IMG/VR virus record: IMGVR_UViG_3300040664_000002
Location: 1 to 58,494 of that record
Strand: one strand, 5' to 3'
DNA from: a virus
Lineage: Duplodnaviria; Caudoviricetes
DNA: 58,494 bases
A model generated the notes under the pieces. That model searched no databases. It was given only the letters and a program-made list of their open reading frames with translations, and was not told the origin of the DNA. The position numbers were made by a program, and so were the translations under genes. Of this stretch, positions 54,025-58,494 are shown one piece after another. The first letter of the stretch is position 1. Each line of letters opens with the position of its first letter.

Positions 54025-54065
54025 AGCATAGGGTACGATTCGTACCATGTCAAGCATGCTAAGAT
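54025..54065. promoter_or_regulatory. Overlapping divergent promoters with palindromic operator
   Basis: Minus TTGACA-17-TATGCT-6-ATG; GGTACGA-T-TCGTACC palindrome 54032-54046 in the spacer; plus TGC-TAAGAT-7-ATG 54073. Confidence 0.75.
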
Positions 54066-54072
54066 CCGCCTC

Positions 54073-55494
54073 ATGCTCAGAATCGCTCTCATCGCTGTCC
54101 TCGCGGCATGCTCCACGTCACCGACGTCCTCCGTGGTGGCATCCCTCGCGTCCTCCTGTCCCACCGCCGCGGTCCCGGATGACGGCCTCGACGACCGAGG
54201 TGCCATCCAGGCCGCGTGCGACGCGCCGCAGCACTGCGCGTACCTGCCGGCCGGCGTCTACGACGTGGACAGCATCCCGTTCACGCCGCCGGCGCGGCGG
54301 CCATACGCCATGGTCACGGCGGATGGCTGTGAGATCTACGGTGATGGCGCAGCGGCGACCACGGTGCGGTTCCGCGGCTCGGCCGGTAGCCAGGACTGGG
54401 AGGGTATCCGGCTGACCGGTGCATCTCCGTCGCTGCACGACCTGACGCTGCGCACTACCTCGAGCGTGACCGAGACTGGTGAGCAGACCCACGCTGTGCG
54501 GGTGCTGGGGCCGTCGACGTCGCCGAGTGTGTACCGCGTGACCATCGACCATCCAGTGCTGGACGGCTGGAAGCGCGGCGACTGCATCCAGTTCGTGGCG
54601 TACAACGACGGGCGGCTGGTTAGCGGTGCTCGTATCCACGATGTGGAGTTCGCGCACTGCGATCGAAGCGGCGTCGCAGCGCACAGCGGCGTGTCCGATC
54701 TGCAGGTAGTCGACAGTCACTTCTCGGATACTGGGAACACGGCGCTGGACTTTGAGGGTACCGGCGACACGCACGATGTGCTCATCGCGTTCAACCGATT
54801 CGAGCTGTCGCCCGGACCGCACGGCGTAGTCGAGATTCAGCTGCAGCTCGTCGACCACGCGCGCGTGACGGGCAACATCCTACAGGGCCGCAGCATCGAT
54901 GTGTACCAGAGCGACGACGTGCAGATTGACCACAACACCGTCGTGCTGACGCAGACCACGGGCGTCCCGGTCATCGGCATCGGCAAGGACAGCTCGCGCG
55001 TCACCATCGACCACAACACGCTCACGCGGACGGCAGCAGCCGGCACTGGGGCGGTCATCCGCGCCGTGCCGCACGGGACCGGGACGCCAGATCACGTCGT
55101 GGTGGCGGATAACACGCTCGAGCAGCAGACCGGCGACCACGTTATTGATACCGTTGGTCTCGTCGGGCTGTCCGTGCTGCGGAACCGCGTGACGTACACC
55201 GGCGCGGTGGGCAACACGTACGGTGTACTCGTGGCAGGAGGCGGATCGAACGCGGCCCCGGGCATCCGCGCCACGGACATCGTGGTGGCCGACAACACGT
55301 GGACCGGGCCGCTCCACGGGATGCTGGGGCTGTCCGGTTCGTACGGCGGCGTGGGTACGGCGAGCTCGAGCGGGAACACGGCCTCGGCTGGCATCGTCTG
55401 CTGGAACGTGGCCGTGGGTCGTGGCATTACCGGACCGCTGACGTCGGTGCGCGACGCAACGCCGGGCCCGCTGGGATGCGCTCCGCTGCTCTAG
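54073..55494 (+). CDS. Lipoprotein with right-handed beta-helix (pectate-lyase-like)
   Basis: MLRIALIAVLAA|C lipobox; DDGLDDRGAIQAACDA..YLPAGVY; repeated IDHN/VADN rungs. Confidence 0.8.
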   Translation: MLRIALIAVLAACSTSPTSSVVASLASSCPTAAVPDDGLDDRGAIQAACDAPQHCAYLPAGVYDVDSIPFTPPARRPYAMVTADGCEIYGDGAAATTVRFRGSAGSQDWEGIRLTGASPSLHDLTLRTTSSVTETGEQTHAVRVLGPSTSPSVYRVTIDHPVLDGWKRGDCIQFVAYNDGRLVSGARIHDVEFAHCDRSGVAAHSGVSDLQVVDSHFSDTGNTALDFEGTGDTHDVLIAFNRFELSPGPHGVVEIQLQLVDHARVTGNILQGRSIDVYQSDDVQIDHNTVVLTQTTGVPVIGIGKDSSRVTIDHNTLTRTAAAGTGAVIRAVPHGTGTPDHVVVADNTLEQQTGDHVIDTVGLVGLSVLRNRVTYTGAVGNTYGVLVAGGGSNAAPGIRATDIVVADNTWTGPLHGMLGLSGSYGGVGTASSSGNTASAGIVCWNVAVGRGITGPLTSVRDATPGPLGCAPLL

Positions 55495-56554
55495 CCGAGG
55501 CCACGCAAGCACCTTGACAGGTCCAGCCGCGCCTTGAAGTGGCGGTGGTACTCGGGGAATGGCAGGTCCAGGCTCGCGACGAGGAGCAGAGCGGCGCACC
55601 ACTGGGTAATGGTCATCGCGGCGACGGGTGGCGTCGTCCACCATGGTCTACCGTTGACGTGAGGAGGCTTGAGTGATGCGACGGACTGGCCGATCCGGCT
55701 CTTGCGATTTGGCCACCATGCGAATGCATCGATGTTCACCGCCGCACCACCCGCGCAGTCGGTAGCAGATCGGCCTCGTGGCGGCGGTTCGCGGCGGACA
55801 ACATCAGGTCAGCGATAACCACGGTGAGCAGCGGAAGACCAAGGCTGACCGCGATGGCGGCTGCGAGGTCGATCACAGCGTCCCATCCGTGCATCCGCCC
55901 ATCCACCAGACTTTCGCATCCAGGTGTGACAGCAGGATCTGCCGGCGCCGGGCGATCCGCGTGGTCATGCGGGACTCGCGGCGCGGTTCACGGTGACGTC
56001 TGGGCTGGGCTGGCTCACGAACCGCGTCGCGCCATCGTCCGTCGGTTCCTCTGACGCGGATCACGTGACCACCCACACCTTGACCTGGCGGTCGATCTCG
56101 ATGACCTCAACGGCCTCGATGTTCTCTTCGTCGTAGATCTGCCAACCTTCGCTGTGATGGAAGTTGACGATGATTCTCCAGTGCTTGTCTTCGTGCGCGA
56201 AGACGAGCGTCTGGGTCGTGCCGTGTCGCCACGGACTGCAGGCGACCATGGTAAGTTCGGCGTCCTCTATCTCTTCGGCGGTGAACGTGCGTTTGTTCAT
56301 AACTACGCCTGCGCCGCCATCCATGGGTACGCCGCCTGCATCGCCGCGACATTGCGGGCCTCGTGCTCCGCCCACTCGCGGCGGAACTGCGCATCGTTGG
56401 CCCGGCTCATGACGAAGTAGCGGTGTTCGCCGTCGAGCGGCTCGGCCTCGGAGAACAGCCAGCGCTCGATGGCCAGCCACTCGAGCGCGCTGAACACCTC
56501 GCGGCTGTTGACCATGTCGTTGTACCTTCGGATGGCGACGTTTGGATTCGACAT
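55491..56554 (-). other. Leftward operon of five small ORFs (56303-56554, 56061-56300, 55873-56064, 55736-55876, 55491-55739)
   Basis: Coupled starts/stops downstream of the promoter at 56561-56589. Confidence 0.55.
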
Positions 56555-56560
56555 ACCGCT

Positions 56561-56625
56561 ACGATGCGTCACTTTATGGTGGATGTCAACATGGAATTGA
56601 CATGGATATTGATATGCCGCATGGT
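56561..56625. promoter_or_regulatory. Back-to-back leaderless sigma70 promoters
   Basis: Minus TTGACA-17-CATCGT-6-ATG 56554; plus TTGACA-17-CATGGT-6-ATG 56632. Confidence 0.75.
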
Positions 56626-56631
56626 GGTGGC

Positions 56632-56886
56632 ATGAAGCACGGATCTTTATATACATACCAGCAGCATGGATGTCGCTGCGAGCCATGCGTGGAAGCTCAG
56701 CGCAGCTACAACCGGGCATACGGCAGGGACTACAGGGCCGGCAGGCTGCGCGGGCGTCCGCCAGCGCCGCCAACGCCGCACGGAACCATCGGCGGGTACA
56801 CCAACCGCAAATGCCGCTGTGAGATGTGCAGCTCGGCCATGGCCGCGTACAACCGGAAGCGGTACGCGGAGCGCAAGAACGCTTGA
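56632..56886 (+). CDS. Basic protein with two HG..Y..CRCxxC Zn repeats
   Basis: HGSLYTYQQHGCRCEPC and HGTIGGYTNRKCRCEMC. Confidence 0.7.
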   Translation: MKHGSLYTYQQHGCRCEPCVEAQRSYNRAYGRDYRAGRLRGRPPAPPTPHGTIGGYTNRKCRCEMCSSAMAAYNRKRYAERKNA

Positions 56887-56919
56887 TCAGCGCCGGAGCG
56901 TCGGTGTAAGACGCTCCTC

Positions 56920-57774
56920 ATGAAGCATCTCATCGTTGTTCTGATCCTTCTCGGGCTGATCACTGCCACTGCGGAGGCCTCGACGCCGGTAACCGGCCAG
57001 AGCGTGCTCTACCACTACGACTCGACGCACGTGTACAGCGCGGTGGTGAGCAGGGTGAGAACGGATGGCAGCTGTGACCTGATCGTGCTGGCCGTGGCGA
57101 GTGCTGGATTCAGCTTCGGTCCCAGCAGCCAGGCGGCGTACGCCGCCATCCTTGTCGACGGGGTTGTTGAGGGCACGACGGACAACCGGTGGGAGGTTAA
57201 CCCGGACATCAGCATCACCGGACCGCAGGGACCGACCGGGCCTGCCGGACCGACTGGTGCGACCGGTCCGCAGGGCGCGGTTGGTCCGCAGGGGCCGCAG
57301 GGGCCCACGGGTCCACAGGGTGCGGCAGGCTCTACCGGTTCGCAGGGTCCGGCGGGTGCTACCGGTGCGACTGGATCCACTGGGGCGACCGGCGCTACCG
57401 GACCCGGGGCGGTTGTGGTCGGTCAGTCAACGCCAACGCTGACCATCGGTGGCAGCGCTGTGCAGTTCTCGACGACCGCGGATACGATCTACACGGCGAG
57501 CATCAAGATCATCACGACGCTCTCGCTCTCAGGTGGCGCAGCTGGCCACGTCGACCTCCAGTGCGACGCCAGCGCGACTCCGACCACATCCGTGGTTACA
57601 GTGCAGAGCGAGAGCACGGGGACGCTGACCATCGGGCTGAACCTGCAGAGCTCGAACACGATGCAGGTGCAGTGGCGCGTCCCGGCTGGCCACCGATGTC
57701 GCATGGTGAGCACGAACGACACGGGGACGCCGACGTACTCAGTTGTCAGGCAGGTGCTGCAGACGCTAGGCTGA
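56920..57774 (+). CDS. Secreted collagen-like protein
   Basis: Signal peptide ending AEA|S; 21 Gly-X-Y triplets at 57220-57408; GGAGCGTC/GACGCTCC inverted repeat at 56895-56917 just upstream. Confidence 0.8.
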   Translation: MKHLIVVLILLGLITATAEASTPVTGQSVLYHYDSTHVYSAVVSRVRTDGSCDLIVLAVASAGFSFGPSSQAAYAAILVDGVVEGTTDNRWEVNPDISITGPQGPTGPAGPTGATGPQGAVGPQGPQGPTGPQGAAGSTGSQGPAGATGATGSTGATGATGPGAVVVGQSTPTLTIGGSAVQFSTTADTIYTASIKIITTLSLSGGAAGHVDLQCDASATPTTSVVTVQSESTGTLTIGLNLQSSNTMQVQWRVPAGHRCRMVSTNDTGTPTYSVVRQVLQTLG

Positions 57775-57779
57775 GAGTA

Positions 57780-58196
57780 GTGAGTACAGCAAACGACTGG
57801 TTACGCCGCGAGACACCGAAGCACACCGACCTGCTGACGAAGCTGCGCGAGCGGCTGGAGAAGTCGCTGGACTCGCGGATCGAGTACGACGCTGACGGCC
57901 AGAGGATGGTCATCCCTGCGGATACTACGCCGGCGGGGACGCCAGACCGCGAGTGGTGCCGCGCGTTTCAGCGCTACAGCACTGGGTACACGACCATCCT
58001 GGCCGAGGAGCGCGAGCGCGTGAAGCTGACGATGATGGCAAAGACCGCCGGCATGGCAACGCTGTCCGATGAGGACTACGAGCGCGAGATGCTCGCACTT
58101 GGGCGTGAGGCGGTGAAGGAGCTGAGCGCGAGCGATCTCGAGGCGGAGCTGAAGAGGCGTGGGATTGCGCTGCCGCTGCCACACGTCGAGGACTAG
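57780..58196 (+). CDS. Possible terminase small subunit
   Basis: 138 aa, helical, C-terminal LSDEDYEREM / LSASDLEAELKRR; no better candidate in the genome. Confidence 0.45.
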   Translation: MSTANDWLRRETPKHTDLLTKLRERLEKSLDSRIEYDADGQRMVIPADTTPAGTPDREWCRAFQRYSTGYTTILAEERERVKLTMMAKTAGMATLSDEDYEREMLALGREAVKELSASDLEAELKRRGIALPLPHVED

Positions 58197-58494
58197 CGCT
58201 CGAGGATCTCAACGGCGGCGCTCCGGGCGCTCTCGGCGGCGCTCCGGGCGGCGCTCCGGGCGCTCTCGGCGCTCTCGGCGGCGCTCTCGGCGCTCCAGGC
58301 GGCGCTCCGGGCGGCGCTCCGGGCGCTCTCGGCGCTCTCGGCGGCGCTCCAGGCGGCGCTCCAGGCGCTCTCGGCGCTCCAGGCGGCGCTCCAGGCGGCG
58401 CTCCGGGCGGTCTCGGCGGCGCTCTCGGCGCTCCAGGCGGCGCTCCAGGCGGCGCTCCGGGCGGTCTCGGCGGCGCTCTCGGCGCAACCTCTCA
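58193..58494 (-). CDS. 3' part of the SAAW/SAAR/SAE-repeat protein
   Basis: RGCAESAAETARSAAWSAAW...SAAVEILER*, TAG at 58195-58193 overlapping the convergent gene's stop. Confidence 0.8.
   Translation of the reverse strand, partial: RGCAESAAETARSAAWSAAWSAESAAETARSAAWSAAWSAESAWSAAWSAAESAESARSAARSAAWSAESAAESAESARSAARSAAESARSAAVEILER
58214..58485. repeat. Coding tandem repeat of 9/12-bp units with a 54-bp higher-order duplication
   Basis: 58370-58423 is repeated at 58424-58477. Confidence 0.9.

Noticed and set aside
58209-58487. Arg/Glu-rich 92-aa ORF (RRLERR...) in the ORF track
   Set aside because: Alternative frame of the SAAW repeat; the SAAW frame joins the real gene starting at 612 and ends at TAG 58193.

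Overview
The window looks like an essentially complete, GC-rich tailed-phage genome. Both ends fall inside the same coding tandem repeat, so the contig closes into a circle. The structural arm (8.4-35.3 kb, + strand) is podovirus-like: terminase, portal, scaffold, major capsid, beta-helix tailspike, adaptor, nozzle, three ejection-type proteins and an amidase lysis cassette. A leftward early operon (43.1->35.3 kb) carries an SSB-like protein, Sak4-like ATPase, Cas4-like nuclease, tRNA-Arg(UCU) and dUTPase. A rightward operon (43.2->53.7 kb) carries a Cro-like HTH, SF2 helicase, VRR-NUC, a DnaB-N/SF3 helicase followed by an iteron origin, and a Cys-rich sigma70-R4 regulator of a type I associate with Myxococcota (host is an inference). 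I saw no integrase, CI repressor, DNA polymerase or reverse transcriptase. The most striking signal: neither terminase nor portal has an ATG/GTG/TTG at its apparent N-terminus, and both are preceded by the same ~40-nt element ending in CTG-GCG, suggesting a shared non-canonical initiation or recoding control of the DNA-packaging motor. Other highlights are fixed-geometry leaderless sigma70 promoters with a GGTACG operator, an armless tRNA-like minihelix, and a 1672-aa ejection protein with ParB-like, ADP-ribosyltransferase-like and winged-helix modules. All product calls come from motif recognition by eye; no database was searched.
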